A stretch of 64,000 bases of DNA from Callorhinchus milii (GCF_018977255.1 NW_024704749.1:21080001-21144000); one strand, 5' to 3'. Positions 16,924-30,300 are shown, counted from the first letter of the stretch. Numbers and translations are program-made. The notes: a model not told the origin generated them from the letters alone.

Positions 16924-18383
16924 GCAGGAATTCTGCTCGGAAAATAACAAGAAGCGAATGAGTCAACTTCTATCCAAACTGCAGGAAGTGAAGCTTTGCC
17001 TTCGTGACCTAATCTCCTCGTCTGGGAAGGTGTGATTTTAACATTGCAGATTTGCCCCTTTCCGGTTTGATTTAGTTACGGGCTCCGAGACTAGAGGAAC
17101 GTTCTTTCTGTATCCCTCTGCCTTGCCCCCATCTTCAGGTCCCGCCTGAAGACCTTCCTATTTGACCGTGACTACGGTCACCTTCTCTACCCCCCGCCAC
17201 CCACCCCAGCGTTGTGTGCTCCACCACTGCCGAGCGCTCTGGGGCGCTGTCCTGCTTGAGGGGCGCTGTGTAAATGCAAATTATTGTTGTGGTTGTTGAG
17301 TGTTCTGCTGTTTGCCCCTCAGCCCTGGACGGCTTCGTGCTGTGATGTGAATGGATTGCCGGCCGGGCCTGGGAACAAGCAGCACGTTACCATGCTGAAG
17401 GAGCAGAACCGCTTGCTGACCAAGGTAGGTCACGGGCTGCGGTCACACGGCTTGGGTTGCGTGGGTCTGTTTCCCACGTGTGCGTCTGTCTGTGTGTGTG
17501 TGTGGGTGGGGGGGTGGTGTGAGGAGACCGCCTATATGTGTGTGTGTGTGTGAGTGGGGGAGGCCGCCTGTCTGTGTGTGAGTGGGGGGGGCCGCCTGTC
17601 TGTGTGTGAGTGGGGGGGGCCGCCTGTCTGTGTGTGAGTGGGGGGGGCCGCCTGTCTGTGTGTGAGTGGGGGAGGGCCTGTCTGTGTGTGAGTGTGCGAG
17701 GGCCTGTCTGTGTGTGAGTGTGCGAGGGCCTGTCTGTGTGTGAGTGTGCGAGGGCCTGTCTGTGTGTGAGTGTGGGGGGGCCTGTCTGTGTGTGAGTGGG
17801 GGAGGCCGCCTGTCTGTGTGTGAGTGGGGGAGGCCGCCTGTCTGTGTGTGAGTGGGGGGGCCGCCTGTCTGTGTGTGAGTGGGGGGGCCGCCTGTCTGTG
17901 TGTGAGTGGGGGGGGCCGCCTGTCTGTGTGTGAGTGGGGGGGGCCGCCTGTCTGTGTGTGAGTGGGGGAGGCCGCCTGTCTGTGTGTGAGTGGGGGGGGC
18001 CGCCTGTCTGTGTGTGAGTGGGGGGGGCCGCCTGTCTGTGTGTGAGTGGGGGGGCCGCCTGTCTGTGTGTGAGTGGGGGGGGCCGCCTGTCTGTGTGTGA
18101 GTGGGGGGGCCGCCTGTCTGTGTGTGAGTGGGGGGGGCCGCCTGTCTGTGTGTGAGTGGGGGGGGCCGCCTGTCTGTGTGTGAGTGGGGGAGGCCGCCTG
18201 TCTGTCGGCACACAGTGTTTCGTTATTGATGCTAATTGATTCCCCGTTTTGCAGGAAGTGACCGCGCAGAGTGAGCGCATCACCCAGCTGGAGCAGGAGA
18301 AATCGGCGCTCATCAAACAGCTGTTCGAGGCACGAGCTCGCAGCCGAGTTGACAGCAGCCACCTGGACTCCACCTTCATCTAG
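10595..18383 (+). CDS. SAPCD2: Suppressor APC domain-containing protein 2 (7 coding exons, ~440 aa after frame correction)
   Basis: Exons 10595-10995, 13815-14123, 15256-15389, 16152-16298, 16928-17029, 17323-17424, 18255-18383 (GT-AG, phases compatible). Motifs GLPRAFLHSLRTLFDILDD..VHLREIESRW, RRHTITSGVD, MKELEQEKDALLQGLE, MLKEQNRLLT, ITQLEQEKSALIKQLFEAR..LDSTFI*. The ATG (gccgccgctATG) is out of frame with the domain starting at 10701. Exon 2 is the least conserved. Confidence 0.9.
11004..11960 (+). repeat. G-rich polypurine minisatellite in SAPCD2 intron 1
   Basis: Tandem variants of gggagggagggggaatgggagagtgggg, then gagggatggagggaatcgaggatggaggggga. Confidence 0.95.
12122..12450 (+). 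mobile_element. Young tRNA(Ala)-derived SINE (short subfamily), full length
   Basis: gtggagtcctg..gctcagtggttagagcactcgctttgcaagcgagagacctgagttcaattcc head, cacacagagcctaataataatccctcc body, L2-like tail plus (TTA)n; near-identical copies elsewhere in the window. Confidence 0.9.
12535..12805 (-). mobile_element. SINE (long subfamily), antisense, tail-to-tail with the 12122 copy
   Basis: aataataatcct...gagacgtctcaaagcgcttc...gcagccaattgcacacagc...gagtaaggaaacttgccc. Confidence 0.75.
13330..13757 (+). mobile_element. Older DeuSINE (SacSINE1/AmnSINE-like)
   Basis: tRNA-like head (gtcagaaggttgtgggttcaa), Deu core (ccttcggatgcgacgttaaaccgaggtc...gtgtcctggccaac), shared tail. Confidence 0.75.
15603..16030 (+). 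mobile_element. Older DeuSINE
   Basis: ggctcagtggtggctctctcgcccctgagtcagaag...gaggtgccgtcctttggacgag...ttaaagattccgtggcactattcg...tail. Confidence 0.75.
17540..18205 (+). repeat. ~25-bp minisatellite in SAPCD2 intron 6
   Basis: Tandem gccgcctgtctgtgtgtgagtggggggg units. Confidence 0.95.
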
Positions 18384-18391
18384 GTCTCTGC

Positions 18392-18802
18392 ACCCACAGC
18401 ACTCCACAGCACACACACACACAGCACTCCATCACCGCGCGCACACACACACACACACAGCGCCACACACACACACACACAGCACTCCCATCACCACACA
18501 CACACACACACACACAGCACTCCCATCACCACAACACACACACACAGCACTCCATCACCACACACACACAGCACTCCCATCACCGCGGGCACACACACAC
18601 ACAGAGCACTCCATCACCACACACACACACACAGCACTCCACAGCACACACACACAGCACTCCATCACCGCGCGCACACACACACACACACAGCACTCCC
18701 ATCACCACACACACACACAGCACTCCCATCACCACAACACACACACACAGCACTCCATCACCACACACACACAGCACTCCATCACAGCGCATACACACTC
18801 CA
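18392..18802 (+). repeat. CA-rich minisatellite directly after the SAPCD2 stop codon
   Basis: Tandem cagcactcc(c)atcacca(ca)n units. Confidence 0.9.
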
Positions 18803-18804
18803 TA

Positions 18805-19085
18805 GTAATAATAATCCTTGCATTTGATACAGCGCCTCATCACGTCATTGAGACGTCTCAAAGCGCTTCACAGGATACACTGTAAAGTGAATTGACTGTT
18901 TACTTTGTTCCCTCGGAAAATGATCCCCCGATCAACTAACAACTGGATTCCTACTCGCTGCTGGGTAAACAGGTGCGTGTGTGGAGGAAGGAAACGTGCC
19001 TAAGGTCTCACCCTGCCTTGGATTCAGACCCAGGTCCTCTCGCTTGCGAGGCGAGTGCATTAAAACTCTACGGTACACAACACTC
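18805..19085 (-). mobile_element. SINE (long subfamily), antisense
   Basis: taataataatccttgcatttgatacagcgcc...cctctcgcttgcgaggcgagtgc. Confidence 0.75.
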
Positions 19086-20829
19086 CATCACTGCAGCCTG
19101 AGCTAAAAGCTTTTTTGGGGGGAGGGTGGGGGTACTATGTATGTGGGAATAGTAACTGGGGGGGGCAGGGAAAAGGGAGGGGGGCTTAGTTACTGTGGGT
19201 ACGACATTGAGTGTTAAAGTTTATGAGGTTTCTAACTTGAGGGCGATGCTGTGAGTTTGCAGAGCTGGTGGTACGTGTTGAGAATGTGGCTGATCTCTTG
19301 CTGCCGCTCTATACGGTCATTTCAATTCATCAGATCAGCAGCGGAGATCTCTCTCTCTTTTCTTTTCTCTCTCCTCTCTCTTCTTTCGTAATAAAAGTAA
19401 CTGAAATATTTGCTGGCCATTTATATTAACCAGCGAACAGCCAGCGGCAGCTGCTTGTTGTCAGGCTCGTACACTGCGCTCGCCCAGCAACCTCGCTCGG
19501 ATAATAATAATAATAATAATAATCCTTTCATGTGAAATTTCGCCCACAAAGTATGCAGTCACTACGCTTTACAGTGTATCCTGTGAAGCGCTTTGAGACG
19601 TCTCAAGGACGTGATAAGGCGCTGTATCAAATGCAAGGATTGTTATATGTAGCGCCTTATCACGTCGTTGAGAAGGCACTTTACAGAATCTACTGTAAAG
19701 TGGATTGACTATATATATTGTGGGTGGTAGCGATCGTTTCAGATCAGAGCCTTCAAGGCTGTGTGACTGGAGGCTTCTCCCAGTGCTCAACAATAACAAC
19801 AACAACTTGCATTTATATTGAGCCGCTCCACACTACGTACGGTGTACGTGGACTGCTTCCACATCCACAAGGGGGCTGGTCCCATCTAGTCTGGATATTT
19901 GGGGTCTTATTTTATTTGGTACATATGAATATCTGGTCTGTATGTGTGTGTCTCCCACATCTATGTGCGTACACCTCTCTCTCACCTTCCATGTCTGTGT
20001 GTGAGTGTCTCTCTTTTTCCTTATATGTGTAGCTTACTGTTGCTCTGCTCGCGCATGTGTGTGTGTGTTCGTGTCTCTCTAATATGCGCCTCTCTACCAG
20101 TGCTTCTGTGTCTCTCCGAGCCCAGTTGCTCAGTTGTGGAGGTACAGAGAGCTGACTTGCGTGCAGTTTATGTGACTTTCTACTGTATTAAGCAGCCGAC
20201 TTGGGGAAAAAAATAAAACGTATTGAACAAAACTCATTTGGTGGGTGATTTTCAGCAGATAGAATCCAAGCCGTCAAGACTGTGATATCACTGTTTCTCG
20301 TCACAATACTCTGTTGTATTCCTTAACGACAACTGGATCTCAGCGTTAAAGGAGTTTGACTTGTGACATTTTGCTGCCCTTGTCTGAGAATGAGAGGTCA
20401 TTGGGAACAGTGTTGCCCTGAGGAGTAATAACCATCCACTCAATACTTAGCAGCGGATGAACAAAGCAACGGATCTTTTAATTTCCTTTCTCCCCCCAAC
20501 ATCCTTCCCATTAGGACTGGAACATGCAAAGGAGGGTTTAACCGCCAATCTGTGCCTAAGTTAACTGATCTCAATAACTTGCACTTATAAAGCTTTGTGT
20601 CTTCTACATAATAAAACAACTCAGAGCATTTAACTGAAACGAGTAGTGGAGCGATTTAGAGGTGACGCAAGTAAAGGAGATGTTTGAAATTTGGTGTGGG
20701 GGGTGGGGAGGGAGAGTTTTGGAAGAGCTCCAGAGGATAAAGGCTGAATGCGCGGCTTTCGAATGCTGTTGGGAAGGAGCGAGACATGAGCAGTAAACCA
20801 CAGTGTTACATAAGAACCCTTGAGTTTTT

Positions 20830-21179
20830 TGTGGCGCCTCGTCACGTCGTTGAGCTCTCTCAAAGCACTTCACAGATTATACTGTAAAGTGGATTGACTG
20901 TATTTTGTGGGCGAAACGCGGCAGCCAATTGCGCACAGCAGCGTCCCCCGAACAGTCGCAGATTGAGTGACCAAATTGCAAAAAAAAGTTAAGGGATTAT
21001 TTACCCCCCGGGTGAACGATCCACCGATTGACCAACAACTGGGTCCCTAGTTACTGCTGGGCAAACAGAGGCGTGTGGAGTAAGGAAACTTGCCCAACAT
21101 TTCACCCTGCCCGGGGATTGAACCTGGCTCCTCTCACTTGCGAGGCGAGTGCTCTAACCAATAGAGCTACAAGACTCCA
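20830..21179 (-). mobile_element. SINE (long subfamily), antisense, full length
   Basis: Ends gagtgctctaaccaatagagctacaagactcca (reverse complement of the tRNA head). Confidence 0.8.
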
Positions 21180-21208
21180 TGTCTTTCACATATCAAATGC
21201 ACGGGACA

Positions 21209-21553
21209 TGCTCAGTGGTTAGAGCACTCGCTTTGCAAGCGAGACACCTGGGTTCAATTCCTGGCAGGTCAGGGCGAAACCTTGGGCAAGTTTCCTTACT
21301 CCACACAGAGCCTAATAATAATCCCTCCAAAAAAAACAAAACAATAATAAATTGGTCATTTTCAATCTACGACTGTTCGTGGGACATTGCTGTGCGCAAT
21401 TGGCTGCCGCGTTCGCCCACAAATATACAGTCGATTCACTTTACAATGTGTTCCGTGAAGCGCTTTGGGACGTCGAGAAGACGTGAAAAGCGCTACATCA
21501 AATGCAAGGATTATTATTATATCATTATTATAAAGATTACTATTATATTATTG
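21209..21553 (+). mobile_element. Young tRNA(Ala)-derived SINE
   Basis: Matches the 12122-12450 copy; head-to-head with the 20830-21179 copy. Confidence 0.85.
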
Positions 21554-22959
21554 TAAGCATTGTTGCGTTCGAGAGGCTTCCTGGACCCTTTGGTCTTGTT
21601 ATGAATTTCTGAGTACTCCCAACGCTAGCGTGGAAACGGTGCTTGCGTCAAATGGATCTCTTGGGGTCAGAGCAAGCTGATCCTGCCTGCAACCACCGCT
21701 GGTTGTCTAACAAGCTAAGCTTGTTTAACAGGTAAACAGAGCTACGCAAACAAGAGCAGATGCCTGGCGCAAAGTGCTTTGCTTCTGGGGCTCGAGCTAA
21801 ATGGGCGCACGGGGAACAATTAGAACACTTGCTGTGCAGATTGTCGCTGTTCAGACCTGACAAAGACCTGGTTTGATTCTAACCTAATTCCAAAAATGAT
21901 TTCCTCGGAAGATAAACACAGTCACCCGAGCCTTACTACGTCATTGAGACGTCTCAGCCCGCTTCACAGAATATACTGTAAAGTGACTATATTTTCTGGG
22001 TAAAGCACAGCAGCCAATTGCGCACAGCAGTGTCGTGGATTGAGTGACTTTTTTTGAGGAATTATTACCCCTGGAAAAGCAATTCCTGGTATTGCTGGAC
22101 AAACAGAGGCGTGCGAAGTAAGGAAACTTGCACAAGGTTTTGCCTGGGAATTGAGCCCAGGTTCCTCTCACTTGTGATGCGAATGCTGTCATCACTAAGC
22201 CACAGAAACTCGACTGACCGAGAACATTTTCTTACTCTTTCCCTCTCTTTCATTTTGTGTATTCTCTCTCCTCTCTCTCTCTCTCTCTCACATCTGTAAA
22301 AAAAAAACATTTTGTGGCGTCTCCAATTGTAACACACCGAAAGAAAGTCTCGCCGACTTTTTTCCTCTCAAAAAAAAGCTGATGGCAACTTAACAGAGAA
22401 TCTTCAGAGATAAAAAAGGTTTCTTTCGCAACCTCCTGCTGGTTGGGACTGAATTCCCTCAGCAATTTGTACAACTTGAACTTCTCAGCAGTTTATCTGG
22501 ACTTTATTGTCAGCATTCACTGTCCTGGCCATGTGTCCAGAGCTCAACAAATGCACTCGCTATAAAATATATTCTTGAAAGCTTTTGCCCCAACTTGTTT
22601 CCAAATAGCCCAGCATTTACATTTGTTCCTCTTTCTCCCGTGCAGTTAGAATCCGTAGCAGTAAGTGGGAACCCGGGTCCTTTGCCGATATGGTGGATCG
22701 CTTTTTTCCGGGGCTAATAATCCCTTCAAAAAAAAATAAATAATTTGCTCACCCAATAATTTGGCCAACACAACAACAGCAGCATATCACGTTTGTATAG
22801 CGCCTTTCACGTTGGGAGGATGTCCCAAGGCATTGAACGCAACTGAGCATGAAACGTGAAATTATTTTTCCCAAAGTGCAGCACACGCTTAATAGTTATC
22901 AACTAATATATAATATATAAAGAAAGTATCTGGCGCTCATCCTAATTTCTCTACAACTT

Positions 22960-23135
22960 AATGTTACGCAATAATTGGCAATCATTTGTCCAATCTCTTC
23001 AATTTAGTGCCATCAGAAAATTTAGACTCAAATTCCCCCCCCCCCCCCCCCTCACCCCCACATGTCCATATCCAAGTCATTAACGGATTGTGTGTTAAAA
23101 ACAAATCCCAATACAATGCCCTGGGGTACATCATC
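22960..23135 (-). mobile_element. Degenerate CR1-type reverse transcriptase fragment
   Basis: Minus strand resembles VPQG.VLG..LF...NDLD...SKFxDxTKL (ORF track shows FESKFSDGTKL). Confidence 0.55.
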
Positions 23136-23559
23136 ATATCGTCAGCATTCACTGTCCTGGCAATGTGTCCAGAGCTCAACAAATGCACTCGCTGTAAAAT
23201 ATGGAGACACATGTATTGATTCTCTCACTCTCAGGCAATCCACTTTACTTCCACTAATACCCAGGGCTTTGCATTCATCTCATGCAGGATGGAACACATT
23301 GCAACAATAATGCATTGCCACTAATGCCTCCATTCAGTTCTAATTTAAGAATGCAAGCGATTATAGAGAAAGGATATATAACCTATGCAATAATTAATGA
23401 ATGGAGGCAGATGGAGTCAGCGATTAATGTGACTTTAGTAGGATATGAAACTTGGCACCATTGGATAACCCATTAAACAGAGGCCTGCACATTTCCAAGG
23501 GACCATTGCTTCATTTTAAATTTAAATGTTCGATGGCAGAGACAAGTCATGTTTTTTTA

Positions 23560-23740
23560 GGTTGGACGGGTGTCTGATACTCATCACCAGGCATTCAAAC
23601 CCAACTGAGGTTTCCATGCATCCCACCTACTCATGGAAATCCCAGAGATAGATTGTTGGAATGGAATGTGCTCTCTCTTTCCCTGGAGGGATGCATCCCA
23701 CTTACCTGATTCCGGAAAGTATTAAGCGCGGGTTGGAGGC
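23560..23740 (+). repeat. Unclassified ~300-bp interspersed repeat with internal (CT)n ('family B')
   Basis: catgcatcccacctac.catggaaatcccagagatagattgttggaatggaatg..(ct)n..ccctggaggga; other copies ~25115-25170(-), 38378-38610(-), 38615-38800, 40490-40830(-), 45205-46610, 49215-49285(-), 61135-61425. Confidence 0.75.
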
Positions 23741-24367
23741 ATGTGAAGTAGGGAAACTTTCCTAAGGTTTCGTCCTGCCTTGGATTCGGACCCGGGTCCT
23801 TCTCAGTTGCGAGGCGAGTGCTCTTAACTACTACGCTATTGGACTGCCCTATCCAATGTCTATCCAGAGATACTTGCTTGAATTGTCAGGTGTTGGTTTG
23901 GTAACATGGTACTCAGTACAAAGCGAGCTTAGATTTGAGTCAAGCCCTTATTTCATTGTTCACATCACCGAGTTGTCTGAGAAACCTAAATCTTAAGAGA
24001 TATTTACACAGAATCATTGAGGCGTGGCCACTTGGTATCTGAATGATTCATTGCTAACTGTGTCTCTACTTGTTAGGGCTGCCAATGCTCTTTTTCTCTG
24101 TGTGTCTTTGTCTCTCTGTGCGTCTCTCTCTTACCAAATTGCTATTTGCACGGCATTGGAATGACATAGCTGGAGGGAAAGCAGAGGGAAGATTTGAACT
24201 CTTTTTAATTGTTCTTGTGGGTTTTTTTTTTTCGCCCAGTGGCTGGATAAAGGAAACCAATCAATTGCCAGCAAAACGAATCAAAAGCAAAGTGACGCTT
24301 CCTGCCTGTTGCATTCTACTACTTAACTTGCAAACAGTGCGGTGTCTCAAAGGCGAGAGAGAGAGAG

Positions 24368-27300
24368 ATGGGCAGATTGTGTTACGTTGGGATCTCGGTT
24401 GCTCTCTGTGTTGCTGGGCTGTTAGGTATTATTCTACTCTGTGCCACTTCCAAAGACTTGGAGTCGGTCTCCCCCTTTCAGGTGAGCCTATTTAACCCAG
24501 GTTTTCTTCCTCCTTTTGAGGGAGGGATCGGTGTAAACTAAATCAAATTGTGCTGCGAAAATGTACAACTGATTGCTGAGCAGGAAATGTGCAATGCAAC
24601 GTTATAATCTGCAGCAAACGTTCCCTGTTATACAATGCAGTAAATAGACTACTATATTGTGCTGTAAAGATAACAATAATAAGCCTTGCATTTGATGCAG
24701 CGCCTTATCACGTTGTTGAGACGTCTCAAAGCGCTTCACAGGATATATTGTAAAGTAGGTTGACTGTATATTTTGTGGACACAGCACAGCAGTCAATTGC
24801 GTACAGCAGTGTCCCACAAACAGATTGATTGACCAAATCAGTATTATTATTAAAATATTGTAGAGTGCTATGCAGTGCAGTGAACAGACACTGCTGACTA
24901 AAAAAAAATTGCCCAAAGATAGTCAATTCGCTTTCCAGTGAAGCCCTTTGAGACGTCTCAACGACACGATAAGGCGCTATATCAAATGCAACAACAAATT
25001 TTATATGGTGCAGTACAACTGTTATATTGTTTAGCAAATGTGCAGTGGTCTCTCTCTCTCTCTCTCTCTCCTCCCCAAACCCCTTGAATCCTGCCACAGC
25101 CTCACCCCACCCTATCCTTCTCGGTTGGGTTTGGATACTCTTAAGCACGGTGATGGTTTTACACAGGGTTAACACCAGCCTGCTTCACAATGCCCCCGCC
25201 ACACCACCCCACCCTTCCTTTGGCGCTCGAGCTTTCAATCGTTAGCTCTGCCCATCCCCCACCCGCACCCGCTCTCTATAACTCCCCTCTTCGAGTCAGT
25301 CCCTCCGCTCGGTTCGTTCAAAACCAACCTCAAGATGTATCTCTTTCCCGCCCTTTTGGTTATCGTAATAATAACAGTAGTTATCCTTGCATTTGATACA
25401 GCGGCTAACCGCGTCTTTGAGACGTCTCAAACACTTCACGGAATATACCGTAAAGCGGAATGACTGTGTATTTTCTGGACGAAAAGCGACAGCCAACTGC
25501 GCACAGCAGTGATCCACAAACAGTCGTGGGTTGGTTGCGTGACCAAGTTATTACTTTTATCGTTTCCCCCACCCGCCCCCAGCTCAGCCGCGCAGCCAGA
25601 AGTGTGACCCAAGCCCTTTGAGACATCCGTCCCGACTCGAGAAGTGTTAGATAAATTTCAGCAGTGTTGCACAATGTTATTTCATAAATGCAGAACTATC
25701 TATAACACTAGATACTGGAGATCAAAGTCAATTAGTTTCGTGTGTGTCTTGCACATCGGTGATAGCGGATAAGGGGTTGGGGCTCAGAGAGACAAATCAC
25801 AAAGCTCTGGTAGTTACAGCTGTTGGAGACATTTTAGTGGTTGTTGATGTGGTTCTGGCTTTGTATTAGACTGACTCTTAGTAGCCGAGTGCAACGTTCT
25901 CTAGTTTCCTGGAATTTCTAATCTATTCTACCATCAAACTGCTAAGAATCCCGACTATCTTAAAGTGAGCTTCTCCAAAAAACGTGCGGACAACCTGAGT
26001 GTGGTGTAGGATTGTAACGTAAAGAACGGAATGTTTTTGCATCGGGAGAAAGGGAAAAATGTAACAGAAGATGTTTGTACGTTGCATTTGTTTTGGATTT
26101 CTGTTGTCCCGAATATTAGATTTATATTAAAACAAATCAACTGCCAACAGGTGCGCAATCGACATGCGATTAAAACCTGGTTTTAAAAGGGCCAGGGGGA
26201 CGTTTCGCCAAAATCTTTGATTTACCCGCACAAAAGCCGTTTACTTAGCCTCTTTTGCACTGACAAAACATTAGGAAAAAATCCCTTAAGGGAGCCACAA
26301 ACGTGTTCAGAAGCATTGACCTGCAAATAACCAACCTGTGGAGTCCTGTAGCTCAGTGGTTAGAGCACTCGCTTTGCAAGTGAGAGACCTGAGTTCAGTT
26401 CCAGGCAGAGGGTGAAACCTTGGGCAAGTTTCCTTACTCCACACAGAGCCTAATAATAATCCCTCCAAAACCCAAAACAATAATAAATTGGTCATTTTCA
26501 ATCCATGACTGTTTGTGGGACATTGCTGTGCGCAATTGGCTGCCGCGTTCGCCCACAAATATACAGTCAATTCACTTTACAGTATATTTTGTGAAGTACT
26601 TTGGGACGTCTAGAAGACATGAAAAGCGCTATATCAAATGCAAGGATTATTATTATTATTATTACTTGTCTCATTTAACTGGATCGTTATTGTGAGCTCG
26701 CAGGGGTGGGGCACGATAGTTTGATCTGCCCCTTAACATAATGGATGGTCGAGCAGACAGTTCCTTGCACGTCACTCAAGAAACCGATGCAATTAGAATA
26801 AAATAACTATTGGATCGTTTCCCAAGAACTGCCTTTTTTGGGGGGCAGGATTGAGCTGGTCACAATTCTTATAAGTACCGTATCATTCTTTAAGGTCCTT
26901 TCACAAACACGCCACCTCTAGATTGTAAAGTAGACAACGTATTCTAAATAGGTTATAAGTTATTTGAATGCATACAGTTGATTCACTTTGAACCCGAGTC
27001 CACTCTCTTGCGAGGCGAGTGGGTTAACCAGGAGCATCAGATCCTGGTTAAAGCCATGCGCGCAACAGAGGGTTAATCGTTTGGCTTGTGTGCACAGATC
27101 CGCACCGATCGCAGGCAATCTGGAGTCATTCGGAGCTATCCACATAACAGTCTCCCTCCAAAAGCTGCGGAGTTGAACCTTGAGACTGGGTTTCATTGTT
27201 AAGACATCAAACTGTCAACAGCTTAATTTCCTATCATCAGTCGCTCGCTGTTATACACTCTCAGCTGCAACTGGGTGTGGCTTTGTGTCTAAGCAGTACA

Positions 27301-30300
27301 CAAGGGGGTGGTGGGGGGTTAATGAGCAACAAGCAGAACATATAAACTCTATCGACCTTATCTTCATTGCAAGGTGTGGGTTTGTGTGGTTTTTTTTATA
27401 TTGCACGGTGTTGGAATTCAGTCGAAATACGACCAGCGTTTAGATTGAAAAGAATAATGCAAAGAAATGGCAATATTAATCCTTGCATTTGGTAAAGCGC
27501 CTTCTCAACCACAAGAATGACAACGGCTTGAACTTTACACAGCGCCCCTCGCGCAGGGTAGCTTCCCAGAGCGCTTGACAGTGGCGGAGAACGACGCTGA
27601 GCCAGGAGGAGTGGGGGGTGGTGACCGTAAGCAAGGTCAAAGAGGAAGGTCTTCAGGTGCGACCTGAAAAAAGGGGGAGGAGGGGGCAAGGCTGAGGGAT
27701 TGAGAGAGAGAGTTCCAAAGGTTCGGGGCGTTAGTGGCTAAAGGCACGGCCACCGATAGCGAAGAGGAGGGGACGAGCGATGAGCAGGAGGCCGGAGCTG
27801 GCCGAGCGGAGGTGTCCTGTGGTGGAGCGTGGGAGGGAGCAGGTCGGAGGGAGGGGAATGTTGCTGGCCGTAACCGAGTGAGTCACAGCAGATACGCACA
27901 ACCTTCTCAATCAGAAACTAGCATTGAATTGTATCACTGATTGATGTCGTCTGTGAAAGGGAAGCTGACCTTGTTTTCTCATTCCCTCCGTTTGGCAGTA
28001 TGGCATTGTGATCGACGCCGGCTCATCACGCAGCACCTTATTTGTTTACAAGTGGCCGTCCAGCAGAGAGAACAACACTGGCATCGTCAGCCAACACAGC
28101 TCGTGCCGTGTGAAAGGTAAACAGAAGGCTCAGGTGTAGCCCTGACGTCTGTCGTTGCTGAGAGACTGGATTAAGGTCCGATGGCAAAGTGTTAGCCAAT
28201 GTGCTATGAGCAGGGATCCGCAGTGTAATTTACATCTGAGGAAGGAGGGGGCAAGGCAGAGTGATTGAGGGAGAACGTAAGTGTTTGCTAGGCAGAAGAT
28301 AACCAAGGTCCATCTCATTCCCCTTCCAGCATCCTGGTAGCCACTTGATCCAAACTATACACTGTGTATCCTGAGATATTTTTTAAGAGGGTCTCAAAGT
28401 TTCGGGGCGATGAGGCTTGAAAGCCCGGCCAATGGTGGAGCGGAGGGGACGAGGGACGTTGTGTTTCACCCGGAGGACGGCACCTCCCACAATGCGGTGC
28501 TCCTCCCAGCCCTGCACTGGAGCGTCAGCCCGGACTGTATGAGTTCAAAGTCTGACGTGGAGCCTTCCGACTGGGAGGCAGGAGTCCTACAACTGAGCCA
28601 GGCTCCAACACACCGATATTAATAATCATCATCATCCTTGCCTTATCACGTCGTCGAGACGTCTCAAAGCGCTTCACGCGATATAGTGTAAAGTGTAGTG
28701 ACTGTGCTTGTTTGTGGGCCAAACTTGGCAGCCTGCAAGTTCTGCGTGTTGTTTGATTATTCACGTGACACAGAATATGAGAACTCTGAGGTTTAAGCTT
28801 TCTTTTTATTCCGAGCAATCAATAGCTTGGTCAAAGGATGCAAATTACATTAACATTTACCATCAACAGCATTAAAATGGAAACTTCAATGATGCACTCA
28901 GTTTAGTCATCAATCATCATTATGAAAGGATTAGAGTATAAGAGTAGGGAAGTCTTGCTGCAAGGGCCCTGGTGAGACCACACCTGGAATACTGTGTGCA
29001 GTTTTGGTCTCCTCATTTAAGGAAGGATGTACTTGCCTTGGAGGGGGTGCAGCGTAGATTTACTCGGTTAGTACCAGGGATGAAGGGGATGAGCTACGAG
29101 GATAGGCTGACCAATTTGGGCCTATATTCTCTGGAATATAGAAGAATTAGAGGGAATCTTATAGAAACCTACAAGATCATCAAAGGGCATAATAGAGTAG
29201 ATAGTGAGAGATTATTTCCCCCGGTTGGAGAAGCTAAAACCAGGGGTCACAACCTTAAAATCAGAGGCAGCCCTTTCGCACTGAGTTGAGGAAGAACTTC
29301 TTCACTCAAAGGGCGGTGAATGTTTGGAACTCACTACCCCAAAGGGCTGTTGACGCTCAGTCCTTGAACATATTCAAGACTGAGATGGATAGATTTCTTA
29401 CTGCAAAAGGGATTAAGGGATATGGGGGTAAATCAGGGTCAGGTTACTAGCTGGAGTTAGATTAGAAGATCAGCCATGATTGAATGGCGGGGCAGGCTCG
29501 AAGGGCCGAATGGCCTACTCCTGCTCCTACATGTTATGTTATCACCGATCACAACTGACCATTTGCTTTGTTCATCGCTTCAGGCTCTGGCATCTCGGGC
29601 TATGCCAACAACCCAGGAAATGCGGGCAGGAGTCTGAAAACATGTCTGGAACAGGCTCTACATGACATCCCAGAGAGCTCACATAAGCAAACTCCCCTGT
29701 ACCTGGGAGCCACAGCAGGCATGAGACTGTTGCAGTAAGTTCTTTAAAGTGTTCCGAGACCTCGTCTGGCTTGATGGGCGCAATATAAATTCAAGTTGTC
29801 GTCGTACACAGGCTGTATTGTGAATGCAGTGTAATAACCTCATAGCAATAATTCTTGCATTTGATATAGCGCCTTTTCACATCACTGAGACGTCTCTAAA
29901 CACTTCGCAGAATATATTGCACAGTGCCCCACAAAACAACCATGGATTGAGTGACCACATTTTTGCGAGACGAGTGCTCTAACCACTGAGCTCCGGGACT
30001 CGACAGTAATGTAAACAACTGGGTGCTGAGGTTGTCTCTCACACATGCCCACAGATATACACACACAAGATTTCGCCTGTTTTTTGCCCACAAAATAGAG
30101 TCAATTCTCTTTACAGTATATTCTGTGAAGCGCCTTGAGACGTCTCGAAGACGTGATGAGGCGCTGTATCAAATGCAAGGATTGTTATTATTTTAATTCT
30201 TTCCACTGAACGTTCGCGAGGCTTTGGTATGCAAAGCCTTCAGCCATTTGACCTCCTGCTCTGAGCATTTAGATCTGAATTGCCGCTGTTCCAGTCTGAC

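Noticed and set aside
17387-18885. Repetitive THTQ/HSHTDR ORFs, superficially array-like
   Set aside because: Minisatellites with no unique spacers; not CRISPR and not coding.
19268-19352. Hairpin-like segment in the SAPCD2 3' region as a miRNA or SECIS
   Set aside because: Only ~12 bp of pairing with a large loop, and none of the genes has an in-frame UGA.
22250-22474. Protein-like minus-strand ORF (YKLLREFSPNQQEVAKETFF)
   Set aside because: No recognisable homology, an in-frame stop just upstream, and no convincing splice sites.
28972-29289. Possible active or domesticated LINE ORF
   Set aside because: 5'-truncated CR1 end with a frameshift near 29280.
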